59,399 nt of DNA, taken from Candidatus Epulonipiscium sp. Its GTDB lineage: Bacteria > Bacillota > Clostridia > Lachnospirales > JAAYNZ01. The notes below the pieces were generated by a model, which saw nothing but the letters and a program-made list of their open reading frames with translations, was not told where the DNA came from and ran no database searches. This document shows positions 49,696 to 58,618 of this stretch, in pieces. The position numbers were made by a program, and so were the translations under genes. Each line of letters opens with the position of its first letter. Position 1 is the first letter of the stretch. Location of the stretch: contig JAAYSE010000131.1 in the NCBI GenBank assembly GCA_012524135.1, forward strand, positions 1 to 59,399. Reading direction: 5' to 3'.

Positions 49696-50343
49696 ATGAA
49701 AATTAAAAACATATATAAAATAGTTTTAATAGGAATTTGTATTTTTGTAGCTGGTTTATTATATGTTGTATATATTACTCCCCGTCATACTCCAATTCAA
49801 ATGTACTCAGATATTAATGAAGAAGTTTTTTTTGAAGAGGATGGAGCTATAGTGGATTCTGAAGATACATATATAGTAAAAACAGAAACAGATAATGAAG
49901 TATGTATTGTTCATATTGCAGGAGCAGTGTATAAACCTGATGTTTATCAATTACCTTTAGGAAGTCGAATATATGAAGTCATTGAACTAGCAGGTGGAGC
50001 AACAGAAGAAGCAGATTTAGATCAAATTAATTTAGCCATGAAAATAAAGGACGAACAAAAAATTTATGTTCCTTTTTTGGGTGAAATATTTGACAAAAGT
50101 GATAAAGAGAATAATAATAATAGCATACAACTAAATAATGAAAATATACATAAGATTAATATTAATCAAGCTAGTGAGAAAGAATTAGAGACACTACCAG
50201 GAATTGGTCCTGTGACAGCGACTAATATTGTTCAATATCGTGAAGAATATGGTGATTTTCAAAAAATTGAAGATATTCAAAAGGTTTCAAGAATAGGAAT
50301 AAAGACCTTTGATAAAATAAAAATGATGATTGCTGTAGATTAG
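49696..50343 (+). CDS. comEA: ComEA family DNA-binding protein (SLBB + helix-hairpin-helix)
   Basis: An N-terminal TM helix, an SLBB-like region (...VHIAGAVYKPDVYQLPLGSRIYEVIELAGG...) and a C-terminal HhH region (...INQASEKELETLPGIGPVTATNIVQYREEYGDFQKIEDIQKVSRIG...). Confidence 0.9.
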   Translation: MKIKNIYKIVLIGICIFVAGLLYVVYITPRHTPIQMYSDINEEVFFEEDGAIVDSEDTYIVKTETDNEVCIVHIAGAVYKPDVYQLPLGSRIYEVIELAGGATEEADLDQINLAMKIKDEQKIYVPFLGEIFDKSDKENNNNSIQLNNENIHKININQASEKELETLPGIGPVTATNIVQYREEYGDFQKIEDIQKVSRIGIKTFDKIKMMIAVD

Positions 50344-50353
50344 GAGGATGCTT

Positions 50354-51040
50354 GTGGCGAAATATGCATTAGTTGTTGATGATGAAAAATTAATTGTAAA
50401 AGGGATTCGATTTAGTTTAGAACAGGACAATATGAAAGTAGATGTTGCTTACGATGGTGAAGAAGCTTTACAATTGGCAAAAACAAATTCCTATGATATT
50501 ATCATATTGGATGTAATGTTGCCTAAAATGGATGGATTGAGTGTTTGTCAACAAGTTAGAGGTTTTTCTAATGTACCTATTATTATGTTGACAGCAAAAG
50601 GAGAAGATATGGATAAAATCATGGGCTTAGAATATGGTGCTGATGATTATATGACAAAACCTTTCAATATTCTCGAATTAAAAGCCCGTATAAAAGCGGT
50701 ACTTAGAAGAACACGGCTAAAAGATCAAAATCAAAGACCAGAAACTATTGTAGTAGATGATCTTAAATTAGATTTTAGTGGAAGACGTGTTTATATTCAA
50801 GAAAAAGAAGTCAACTTAACTGCAAAGGAATTTGATTTATTAGAATTATTTATTAGTAATCCAGGAAAGGTATATAGTAGAGAAATGTTACTCAACACCA
50901 TATGGGGCTATGATTATCCAGGTGATGTACGCACGGTAGATGTGCATGTTCGAAGATTAAGAGAAAAAATAGAAAAAAATCCAAGTGAACCAGTTTATAT
51001 TCATACAAAGTGGGGAGTGGGATATTATTTTAACGATTAA
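50354..51040 (+). CDS. OmpR-family response regulator (WalR/YycF-like)
   Basis: Receiver domain (...ALVVDDEK...DIIILDVMLPKMDG...MLTAKGED...GADDYMTKPF...) plus a winged-helix trans_reg_C domain (...VDVHVRRLREKIE...). GTG 50354 lies 6 nt after GGAGG; ATG 50348 is the alternative. Confidence 0.9.
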   Translation: MAKYALVVDDEKLIVKGIRFSLEQDNMKVDVAYDGEEALQLAKTNSYDIIILDVMLPKMDGLSVCQQVRGFSNVPIIMLTAKGEDMDKIMGLEYGADDYMTKPFNILELKARIKAVLRRTRLKDQNQRPETIVVDDLKLDFSGRRVYIQEKEVNLTAKEFDLLELFISNPGKVYSREMLLNTIWGYDYPGDVRTVDVHVRRLREKIEKNPSEPVYIHTKWGVGYYFND

Positions 51041-52451
51041 GTTTAAATGGATTCATAGTTTAAGATGGAAGTTATTGGTTACTTATATGGTTCTTAGTTT
51101 TTTGCCATTGATGTTTTTTTCTATAAGTGTATATAATACTTTAGAAAAGCATTATATACAAGAGCGAAAAGCTGAATTACAAAGACAAGTTAATATTATG
51201 GCAGGGCATATTGTTGTAACGGGTTATTTAAAAGAATCTACTATAGAGCAAAAACAATTATTATATTCTGATATTCAGCAAACGAGTAAAGAAATTGGTG
51301 CTCGAATTATGATTGTTGATTCAAAAGGGATTGTGAAAAACGACTCTAATAAGGTAGATATTGGAAAGACTATTGTACAAAAAGAGGTACTTGATGCTTT
51401 ACAAGGAACAGATACAGCTTATAAGCAACCTGGAAGTGATATTATTCATGCAGTAGCATCTATTAAAGATGATAAAACACAAGAAATTATAGGTGCTGTT
51501 ATTTTTTCTACTTCTGTTGAAGATATTTATATTTCTTTAAAATCAGTACAAAAGCAATTATCTATTTTAGTTATTTTAACTACTTTGATTGTAGGCTTAT
51601 TTAGTTTTTATGTCTCTGGTGTTTTAATTCGACCATTAAAAGAGTTACTTCAAGTAATGAAAAAGGTAACCGAGGGACATTTAGATCAGCAAATTAAAGT
51701 GAAAGGAAAAGATGAGATTGCACAGTTGAGTTTAGCTTTTAATCATATGAGTGAACGACTTTTAGAGGTAGACAATTCAAGACAAGAGTTTGTAGCTAAT
51801 GTATCTCATGAATTAAAAACACCTTTAAGTTCGATCAAAGTACTAAGTGAATCCTTATTACTTCAAGAAAGTTTACCTGAAGAAATGTATAAGGATTTTT
51901 TAATGGATATTACCTCAGAAGTGGATCGAGAAACAGAAATTATTAATGATTTATTAGCTCTTGTAAAATTAGATCGTAAAGATATGACGTTATCTTTTGA
52001 GAATACATATTTAAATAAAACTATTCAAGATATTTTAAAACGTCTCCATCCTCTAGCTCAACAACGTAATATTGATTTAATTTATGATAGTCGAAGGGAT
52101 GTATATGCAAGAGTAGATGAAATGAAAATTACATTAGCAATATCAAATTTAATAGAAAATGCTATAAAATATAATAAAGAAAATGGTATCGTTACTGTTA
52201 TTTTAGATGCAGATCATCAAAATGCTTTTATTACTGTACAAGATACAGGAATTGGAATTCCAGCAGAAGAGCAACATAAAATATTTGATCGTTTTTATAG
52301 AGTGGATAAAACTAGAGATCGTATGACAGGGGGGACGGGATTAGGTTTATCCATCACCCATCGTACTATATTATTACATCAAGGAAGTATTAAGGTTATT
52401 AGTGAAGAAGGAAAAGGTTCAACTTTTGTTGTTCGTATTCCATTACATTAA
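50985..52451 (+). CDS. Sensor histidine kinase (2 TM + extracytoplasmic domain, HAMP, HisKA, HATPase_c)
   Basis: H box ...FVANVSHELKTPLSSI..., N box ...NLIENAIKYN..., G1 ...DTGIGIP... and G2 ...GGTGLGLSI.... The 5' end is uncertain. The only canonical start upstream of TM1 is GTG 50985, which gives a 56-nt overlap with the regulator gene and has no SD. Confidence 0.85.
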   Translation: MNQFIFIQSGEWDIILTIKFKWIHSLRWKLLVTYMVLSFLPLMFFSISVYNTLEKHYIQERKAELQRQVNIMAGHIVVTGYLKESTIEQKQLLYSDIQQTSKEIGARIMIVDSKGIVKNDSNKVDIGKTIVQKEVLDALQGTDTAYKQPGSDIIHAVASIKDDKTQEIIGAVIFSTSVEDIYISLKSVQKQLSILVILTTLIVGLFSFYVSGVLIRPLKELLQVMKKVTEGHLDQQIKVKGKDEIAQLSLAFNHMSERLLEVDNSRQEFVANVSHELKTPLSSIKVLSESLLLQESLPEEMYKDFLMDITSEVDRETEIINDLLALVKLDRKDMTLSFENTYLNKTIQDILKRLHPLAQQRNIDLIYDSRRDVYARVDEMKITLAISNLIENAIKYNKENGIVTVILDADHQNAFITVQDTGIGIPAEEQHKIFDRFYRVDKTRDRMTGGTGLGLSITHRTILLHQGSIKVISEEGKGSTFVVRIPLH

Positions 52452-52529
52452 AATTCATAGATTTGTAACACTTTATTTTTATCATTGTAATGGTTATACG
52501 ATATAATATTTTTTTATGGGGGTGATATT

Positions 52530-53516
52530 TTGGGGTATTTTAAAAAACCATATCAATGGATTTTAGGTATTGGAATCATTGTTTTATTATTTATTTTTTT
52601 ATTTTTAGGTTCTAATACCAATAAAAATAATCCATTTTGGCCTCAAAAGGCGAAAAAAGTTAATGTTAATAATGAAGATAGTATTCATTTATATTTTGTA
52701 AGTCAAGATCAATCTAAATTAGTTGAAGAAAGTATGGTAATTACAAAAAATAAAGAAGAAGATACGATTATTCAAGTTTTAGAAGCACTTAAAAAGGGAC
52801 CAAAAACTCCTGGGTTATTTCCAAGTGTTCCTAAAAATATAGAATTTATAAATATGGAATGGAATAAAAAGGAACAAATTTTAGAGTTAAATATATCTCG
52901 AGAATATCTTGAATTAAATACAATGGACGAAGTATTTTTTAGAACTTCTGTTGTAAAAACATTAACTGAGTTACCTTTTGTGCAACAAATTCAATTTTGT
53001 GTAGATGGTAAACCATTACTCGGAACGGATGGAAAACCTATTGGGCCTATTTCTGCAGAAGATATTATTTTAGAAGAAGCTAATCCTTTAAATACAGAGT
53101 ACAAAGAACTTCAATTATATTTTTCAAATCAAGATGCAACAGGATTAGTACTAGAATCTAGAACGATTACGATTAATCCTAATGAACCTTTAGAAAAATA
53201 TATAATGGAACAATTAATTAAAGGTCCTAAAAAAGAGGGATTGCAAAAGACAGTACCTCCTGAAACAAAAATTAAAGGAATTCAAACAAATGATGGTATT
53301 TGTTATGTAGATTTAAGTAAGGAATTTAGAACTAAACATTGGGGAGGTTCTACAGGAGAATTATTTACGATTTATTCTATTGTAAATTCATTAACAGAGT
53401 TACCTCATATACAAAAAGTTCAATTTTTAATTGAGGGAGAGAAACAAGAAACTTTTAAGGGACATGTAGATTTCAGTAATCCTTTTGAAAGAGATTTGGA
53501 TTTTATTGCAGAGTAG
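52530..53516 (+). CDS. Membrane-anchored protein with two tandem GerM (GerMN) domains
   Basis: An N-terminal hydrophobic anchor with no lipobox Cys. Two repeats follow, of the form ...LYF(V/S)(S/N)QD...L..E......-...ALKKGPK / LIKGPKK...(Y/C)VDLS...IVNSLTELP.IQKVQFLIEG..., which is typical of GerM domains. TTG start after GGGGGTGA. Confidence 0.75.
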   Translation: MGYFKKPYQWILGIGIIVLLFIFLFLGSNTNKNNPFWPQKAKKVNVNNEDSIHLYFVSQDQSKLVEESMVITKNKEEDTIIQVLEALKKGPKTPGLFPSVPKNIEFINMEWNKKEQILELNISREYLELNTMDEVFFRTSVVKTLTELPFVQQIQFCVDGKPLLGTDGKPIGPISAEDIILEEANPLNTEYKELQLYFSNQDATGLVLESRTITINPNEPLEKYIMEQLIKGPKKEGLQKTVPPETKIKGIQTNDGICYVDLSKEFRTKHWGGSTGELFTIYSIVNSLTELPHIQKVQFLIEGEKQETFKGHVDFSNPFERDLDFIAE

Positions 53517-53524
53517 AAGGATAT

Positions 53525-53566
53525 AAAATACATACAATCATACTATTATGTTTGTATGTATTTTTT
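53525..53566 (+). terminator. Rho-independent terminator after GerM-domain gene
   Basis: AAAATACATACAA pairs with TTGTATGTATTTT (13-bp stem, 14-nt loop), followed by a T run. Confidence 0.7.
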
Positions 53567-53664
53567 AAATCTTATCCAATCTTAACATGTTACTATTCTA
53601 TGTACTTCTTTGATTGCATCATAAATTTTTCATAATAGCATGTAATTATAGAAGAAGAGGTGGA

Positions 53665-56073
53665 ATGATGAAAAGGCCTTTGGTATGGGGAACCTGTTTT
53701 TATATTGGAGGTATTCTTTTAGGAAATATAATTTCTTCTGATATTTCTTTTTTTCTTTTTTTGTCTTTTTTTCTTTTGATAATACTATTTTTATTTGTTT
53801 TTAAATATCATTGGTTAGGATTTTCTTTTTTTTTAGTTTTCTTTTTTTTAGGATTTTTTCGTATGTACACATTAAATAGGAGTGACAAGGATTGTTATTT
53901 TGATGAATTGTCTTCATATGTTCAACAAAATACCGTAGTAGGAACAGTAGAAAAAATTCAACAAGATTCCAAACAAGAATATTCTATTATTTATATACAA
54001 GTACATTCAAGTTCTTTGCAAAAAATAAAAGAAATTCCCAAAAATAAAAAATTTTCTATTTGTGTACAGCTATATACAGAGGAAGCAATAAATATACAAC
54101 CTCAAGATATTATAGGATTTCAAGGGAAATTAAAAAAACTAAAAATACCTAGAAATCCAGGTGGTTTCCATCAAAAACGTTATGGTCATTTAAAAGGCTT
54201 TGATTTTATTTGTTATGGTCATATTACTTATCATAAATCCATTCATTCTTTTTCCTTTTCACGTAGGTTACAAAAAATAAATAAAAGGTTTCAGAATGTA
54301 TACGATACTCTCTTACCATCTACACAAGCTGGAATTGTTAAAGCTATGGTATTAGGAGATCAACAAAGCTTAGAACAAGATACAAAAGATTTGTATAAAA
54401 AAGCAGGCATTTCTCATATACTAGCCATTTCAGGATTACATATTTCTATTATTGGATTTTTGTTATTTCATATATTGCAACGAATAAAAATTTCTAAAAG
54501 AGTTACAGCGGTGCTTACTATAATATTTTTAATTAGTTATTCTTTTTTTACAGGGAATAGTGTATCTACGATGCGAGCAGTTATTATGATGAGTTGTATT
54601 TTAGGTGGATATATTTTTTTTAGAACATCAGATCCTTATACATCTGTAGCTTTTTCAATTTTACTGTTATTATATAAGCAGCCATTATATTTATGGGATA
54701 TAGGGTTTCAATTATCCTATAGTGCAGTAATAGGAATACTAACTTTTTCCCCTGTAATAGATCAATTTTATTTTATTCCATCATGGATACGTTCTGGTTT
54801 TGTAGCTAGTTTATCAGCTAGCTTAGCTACTTATCCAATTATTGCATATCATTTTTATTATATTCCTGTATATGGAGTCCTTCTTAATATGATTATTGTA
54901 CCTTTTGTACTTATTCTTGTATTTTTCAGTGGGTTAGCAGGAATCATAGGAATGTTTTCTATATTTTTGGGACGTTTTATGATTGGTATTGTTTATTACA
55001 TATTATATTGCTATGAAGTATTCGCTCATGTTACAATTCAATTACCAAAAAGTTATTTATTAGTTGGATCTCCTTCGCTTTTTATGATGATATTGTATTA
55101 TATTATTTTTTTAGTTACAGTGTGGTATTTTTCAAAACCTATACAAAATAGGAAAAGCTATAAAAAAGTTTATACCTATAGTTTTAGTTTTATAGGAAGT
55201 ATTCTAATCGGATATATTGTTTCCCCAAAACCGTTAGAAGTAGTTTTTTTGGATGTTGGGCAAGGAGATTGTATGGTTATACATACGCCAACAAATCAAC
55301 ATTTTTTAATTGATGGAGGAGGAATATTTTTAAGAGAGGAAGGACAAGCCAATACGGGAAAAAGAATTATTCAACCTTATTTAGAGTATAAAGGGATAGA
55401 AAAAATTAATGGTGCATGGATTACTCATCCTCATGCGGATCATATTATAGGATTAATCGAATTGATGGATGAAGTTCCTATTGAGCAATTTTTTGTATCA
55501 ACAGGAACATTAAAAAATCATTCTTTATATAGAGAATTACTTCAGAAGGCGAATCAATATCAAATACCTATTTATTTTTTTAAAGAGAGAAATCAAATAC
55601 GGGTAGGCGATCTTATTTTCACATGTTTATTTGATGGACATGGACAAGTATTACAAGAAATAGATAATTGGAATCTTATTTCCTTAGTAGTTCATTTACA
55701 ATATCAGGACATTTCTTTTTTATTTACTGGTGATATGGAAAAAGAAATAGAAGAATATATTGTAAAACAATATCCTTCGTTTGTAAAAAACAGTGTGTTT
55801 TTAAAAGTACCTCATCATGGATCCAATACTTCTTCAACAGAATTATTGTTAGATCAAATACAATCGATAGGGGCTGTAATTAGTAGTGGAGAAAATAATA
55901 TATATGGACATCCTCATCCAGAGATCGTAAAGAGATATCAAGAAAGGAATATTTCTCTTTACTTGACACAAGAAGAGGGAGCTATTATGGTTAAAACATA
56001 TGGAAAAGGAATGAGAATATACTCTTTTGTAGGACAGAGAAAGGAAAAATGGTATGGAAAGACTCAAAAGTGA
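53665..56073 (+). CDS. comEC: DNA internalization-related competence protein ComEC/Rec2 (DUF4131 + competence channel + metallo-beta-lactamase domain)
   Basis: ATG 53665 follows AAGAGGTGGA. It is a polytopic membrane protein with ...KAGISHILAISGLHI... and a C-terminal MBL motif ...ITHPHADHIIG... Confidence 0.9.
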   Translation: MMKRPLVWGTCFYIGGILLGNIISSDISFFLFLSFFLLIILFLFVFKYHWLGFSFFLVFFFLGFFRMYTLNRSDKDCYFDELSSYVQQNTVVGTVEKIQQDSKQEYSIIYIQVHSSSLQKIKEIPKNKKFSICVQLYTEEAINIQPQDIIGFQGKLKKLKIPRNPGGFHQKRYGHLKGFDFICYGHITYHKSIHSFSFSRRLQKINKRFQNVYDTLLPSTQAGIVKAMVLGDQQSLEQDTKDLYKKAGISHILAISGLHISIIGFLLFHILQRIKISKRVTAVLTIIFLISYSFFTGNSVSTMRAVIMMSCILGGYIFFRTSDPYTSVAFSILLLLYKQPLYLWDIGFQLSYSAVIGILTFSPVIDQFYFIPSWIRSGFVASLSASLATYPIIAYHFYYIPVYGVLLNMIIVPFVLILVFFSGLAGIIGMFSIFLGRFMIGIVYYILYCYEVFAHVTIQLPKSYLLVGSPSLFMMILYYIIFLVTVWYFSKPIQNRKSYKKVYTYSFSFIGSILIGYIVSPKPLEVVFLDVGQGDCMVIHTPTNQHFLIDGGGIFLREEGQANTGKRIIQPYLEYKGIEKINGAWITHPHADHIIGLIELMDEVPIEQFFVSTGTLKNHSLYRELLQKANQYQIPIYFFKERNQIRVGDLIFTCLFDGHGQVLQEIDNWNLISLVVHLQYQDISFLFTGDMEKEIEEYIVKQYPSFVKNSVFLKVPHHGSNTSSTELLLDQIQSIGAVISSGENNIYGHPHPEIVKRYQERNISLYLTQEEGAIMVKTYGKGMRIYSFVGQRKEKWYGKTQK

Positions 56074-57043
56074 TCTTAAAACACAAGAATTTCAAAAAGT
56101 ATATTTATTTTATGGAGAAGAAGAATATTTAAAAAAATATTATGTAGAAGAAATAATAAAAAAAATAATTCCTAAAGGACAAGAAATGATGAATATGTCT
56201 ATCGTAGAAGGAAATCAAATAATACCTGAACAAATTATAGAAGCAGCTGAAACTCTTCCATTTTTATCAGAAAAACGATTAATTATTGTAAAGGATAGTG
56301 AATTATTTAAAAGTGGTAGGGCTGACGATACACAAAAAATTGTTGATTTCCTTCCTGATATTCCTTCTACTTGCTGTTTGTTATTTGTAGAAACAAATAT
56401 TGATCGTAGGAATAAAGGATATAAGGCAATTCAAAAATGGGGAAGAACTGTAGAATTTACTCATCTTAAAGAAAAAGATTTAGTAAGTTGGGTAAAAAAA
56501 ATGTTTAAAAAACAGGGAAGAGATATGGATACGCAAACGGCAATCTATTTATTCAGAACTGTTGGTTTTGAGATGGAACGATTAGAAGGAGAAATAGAAA
56601 AAATTATATCATATACAGAAGAACAAAGGATACAAAAAAAAGATATTGATGACATTTGTATCCCTTCGTTAGAAATACGAATTTTTGAATTGGTTAAAGC
56701 TTTAGGTAATAAACAAAGTCAAAAAGCTTTAGAAATTTATTCTAATTTAATATTAATGAAAGAATCTCCTCATATGATTTTAGCGATGATTATTCGACAA
56801 TTTCGACTGATTTTACAAGTAAAGTATTTACAAGAACAAGGAATGTCTCGAAGACAAATGGCACAAAGACTGGGAATTCAAGATTTTATTATTCGCGATT
56901 GTTTACAACAAAGTCAAGGTTTTTCTCTTTCAACATTAAAAAATGCTTTACAAGAAAGTTTAGAAACAGATGTTAATATAAAATCTGGAAAGATAGAAGC
57001 TGTATTAGGAGTAGAAATGTTATTAATTAAGTATTTAGACTAG
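56054..57043 (+). CDS. holA: DNA polymerase III delta subunit
   Basis: 329 aa with ...VYLFYGEEEYL... at the N-terminus. It overlaps the end of comEC by 20 nt, and its position after comEC matches B. subtilis yqeN/holA. Confidence 0.88.
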   Translation: MERLKSDLKTQEFQKVYLFYGEEEYLKKYYVEEIIKKIIPKGQEMMNMSIVEGNQIIPEQIIEAAETLPFLSEKRLIIVKDSELFKSGRADDTQKIVDFLPDIPSTCCLLFVETNIDRRNKGYKAIQKWGRTVEFTHLKEKDLVSWVKKMFKKQGRDMDTQTAIYLFRTVGFEMERLEGEIEKIISYTEEQRIQKKDIDDICIPSLEIRIFELVKALGNKQSQKALEIYSNLILMKESPHMILAMIIRQFRLILQVKYLQEQGMSRRQMAQRLGIQDFIIRDCLQQSQGFSLSTLKNALQESLETDVNIKSGKIEAVLGVEMLLIKYLD

Positions 57044-57053
57044 AAAATAAATA

Positions 57054-57104
57054 AAAAAGCATAAAATTGCTCTTTTATAAAAGAAGCAAATTTTATGCTT
57101 TTTA
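57054..57104. terminator. Bidirectional terminator between holA and convergent rpsT
   Basis: A long hairpin, AAAAAGCATAAAATTGC...GCAAATTTTATGCTTTTT, with an inner palindrome TCTTTTATAAAAGA. A-runs and T-runs flank both sides. Confidence 0.8.
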
Positions 57105-57371
57105 TTATTGTTCCATAGAATTAACCATTTTGGTTAATTGAGAAACCTTACGCGCTGCGTTATTTTTATGGAAAATCCCTTTAGTAGCAGCTTTATTAAT
57201 TTTAGAAATAGCATTTTTCAAAGATTCTTCTGCTACTGTTTTATTTCCTTCTTCAATAGCTGTAAATACTTTTTTAACAGCAGATTTTACTTGGGATTTA
57301 ATCATTTTATTTTGTGCAGTTTTTGTAGAAATAGTTCGTATTCGTTTTTGTGCAGATTTAATGTTTGCCAC
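57105..57371 (-). CDS. rpsT: 30S ribosomal protein S20
   Basis: (V)ANIKSAQKRIRTISTKTAQNK... starts at GTG 57371, 5 nt after GGAGGTGA on the minus strand; 88 aa. The track ORF extends further upstream without an RBS. Confidence 0.95.
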   Translation of the reverse strand: MANIKSAQKRIRTISTKTAQNKMIKSQVKSAVKKVFTAIEEGNKTVAEESLKNAISKINKAATKGIFHKNNAARKVSQLTKMVNSMEQ

Positions 57372-57476
57372 AACGCTCACCTCCTTATTACCTGGTGTTT
57401 TTAAAATAGCTCCGAAACAAAACACATATAAAATAACATGCCTTATTATTTTAAACTAAACTTGTCTTAAAGTCAA

Positions 57477-57506
57477 TGCATATAATAAAAAAATAGTGGG
57501 GAAAAT
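57477..57506 (+). promoter_or_regulatory. Candidate forespore sigmaF/sigmaG-type promoter of gpr
   Basis: GCATA (57477-57481), a 15 nt spacer, then GGGGAAAATA (57497-57506). This fits the sigmaF pattern as I remember it (GYATA-15-GGnnAnAHTR). The site lies 28 nt upstream of the gpr ATG, and B. subtilis gpr is sigmaF/sigmaG-dependent. Confidence 0.5.
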
Positions 57507-57533
57507 AAAAAGAAAGAAAAAAGGAGGGATTTG

Positions 57534-58523
57534 ATGGAGTTTTTTCAAACACGAACAGATTTAGCCATTGAAGCTCAAGAAATAGTACAAGGAAAAGGAG
57601 TGGAAAAGGAAGTTCCTGGTGTAAAAGTATCTATAGAACATAAGGAGGATTGGGAATTACAAGTAATACGTGTAGAGGTCATAGATGAGGAAGGAGTTAA
57701 AGCGATAGGTAAGCCAATAGGGACATATATTACTCTAGAAAGTCCTTTGCTAAAAGAAAATGATATAGATGCTCATGAAGCATTTATTGAAATCATAGGA
57801 AAAGAATTAAGTGAGTTACAAGAGCTATCAGATGATGGGATAGTTTTAGTTGTTGGTTTAGGAAATTGGAATGTAACCCCAGATGCTCTTGGACCTAAGG
57901 TATTTTCTCAACTTGTTATTACCCGACATTTATTAGAATATATGCCAGAACAAATTGATGAATCACTTCGTTCTGTCAGTGGTATATCACCTGGAGTATT
58001 AGGCATTACCGGAATGGAAACAGGAGAAATTATTCAAGGAGTTGTAGATAAAATAAAACCTGATTTAATTATTGCCATTGATGCCTTAGCAGCAAGAAAG
58101 GCTAGTCGTGTGAATACAACTATTCAAATGACAAATACAGGGGTTCAACCGGGATCGGGAGTAGGTAATAAACGTATGGGACTCAATGAAGAAAATTTAG
58201 GAATTCCTGTTATTGCTATCGGAGTTCCTACCGTGATTGATGCAGCTACCTTAGTGAATGATACGATGGATCAATTATTAGATACAATGAAAGTAGAAGT
58301 TAAAAAAACAGGACCATTTTATGAAATGTTAGAAAATATTAATAAAGAAGAAAAATATCAACTAATTCGTGAAATTTTAGATCCTTATGTAGGAAGTCTT
58401 TTTGTAACTCCAAAAGATATTGATGCAACGGTAGATCGATTGGCTCATATTATTGCACAAGGAATTAATCGTTCACTACATCCTAATTTAGAAGCTAAAG
58501 ATATAGATCGATATATCCATTAA
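57534..58523 (+). CDS. gpr: GPR endopeptidase (spore germination protease, peptidase A25)
   Basis: ...RTDLAIEA... N-terminus, ...VVGLGNWNVTPDALGP..., and ...IAIDALAAR...NTGVQPGSGVGN.... Confidence 0.93.
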   Translation: MEFFQTRTDLAIEAQEIVQGKGVEKEVPGVKVSIEHKEDWELQVIRVEVIDEEGVKAIGKPIGTYITLESPLLKENDIDAHEAFIEIIGKELSELQELSDDGIVLVVGLGNWNVTPDALGPKVFSQLVITRHLLEYMPEQIDESLRSVSGISPGVLGITGMETGEIIQGVVDKIKPDLIIAIDALAARKASRVNTTIQMTNTGVQPGSGVGNKRMGLNEENLGIPVIAIGVPTVIDAATLVNDTMDQLLDTMKVEVKKTGPFYEMLENINKEEKYQLIREILDPYVGSLFVTPKDIDATVDRLAHIIAQGINRSLHPNLEAKDIDRYIH

Positions 58524-58618
58524 GTTTTTATCATAATGCACTTCTTTTTATAATATGCTATAAAAGAGATTTATTTTAATATATTTTTACAGCATAGATA
58601 AAGAGAGGTGCATATAGT

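Noticed and set aside
50985-51040. The 56-nt overlap between the response regulator and kinase ORFs, considered as a frameshift or gene fusion.
   Set aside because: Both proteins are complete and have normal domain order. The overlap only reflects where the first canonical start codon (GTG 50985, no SD) falls. The real start may be a non-canonical codon near 51036 (ATT AAG TTT = (M)KFKWIHSLRWK...). This cannot be decided from sequence alone.
49696-56073. comEA/comEC considered as evidence of a competence island or horizontally acquired DNA-uptake system.
   Set aside because: Both genes are near-universal in Firmicutes, whether or not the organism is naturally competent. They sit in the conserved rsfS...holA-rpsT-gpr neighbourhood. 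Only the inserted TCS/GerM genes are unusual, and these are reported separately.
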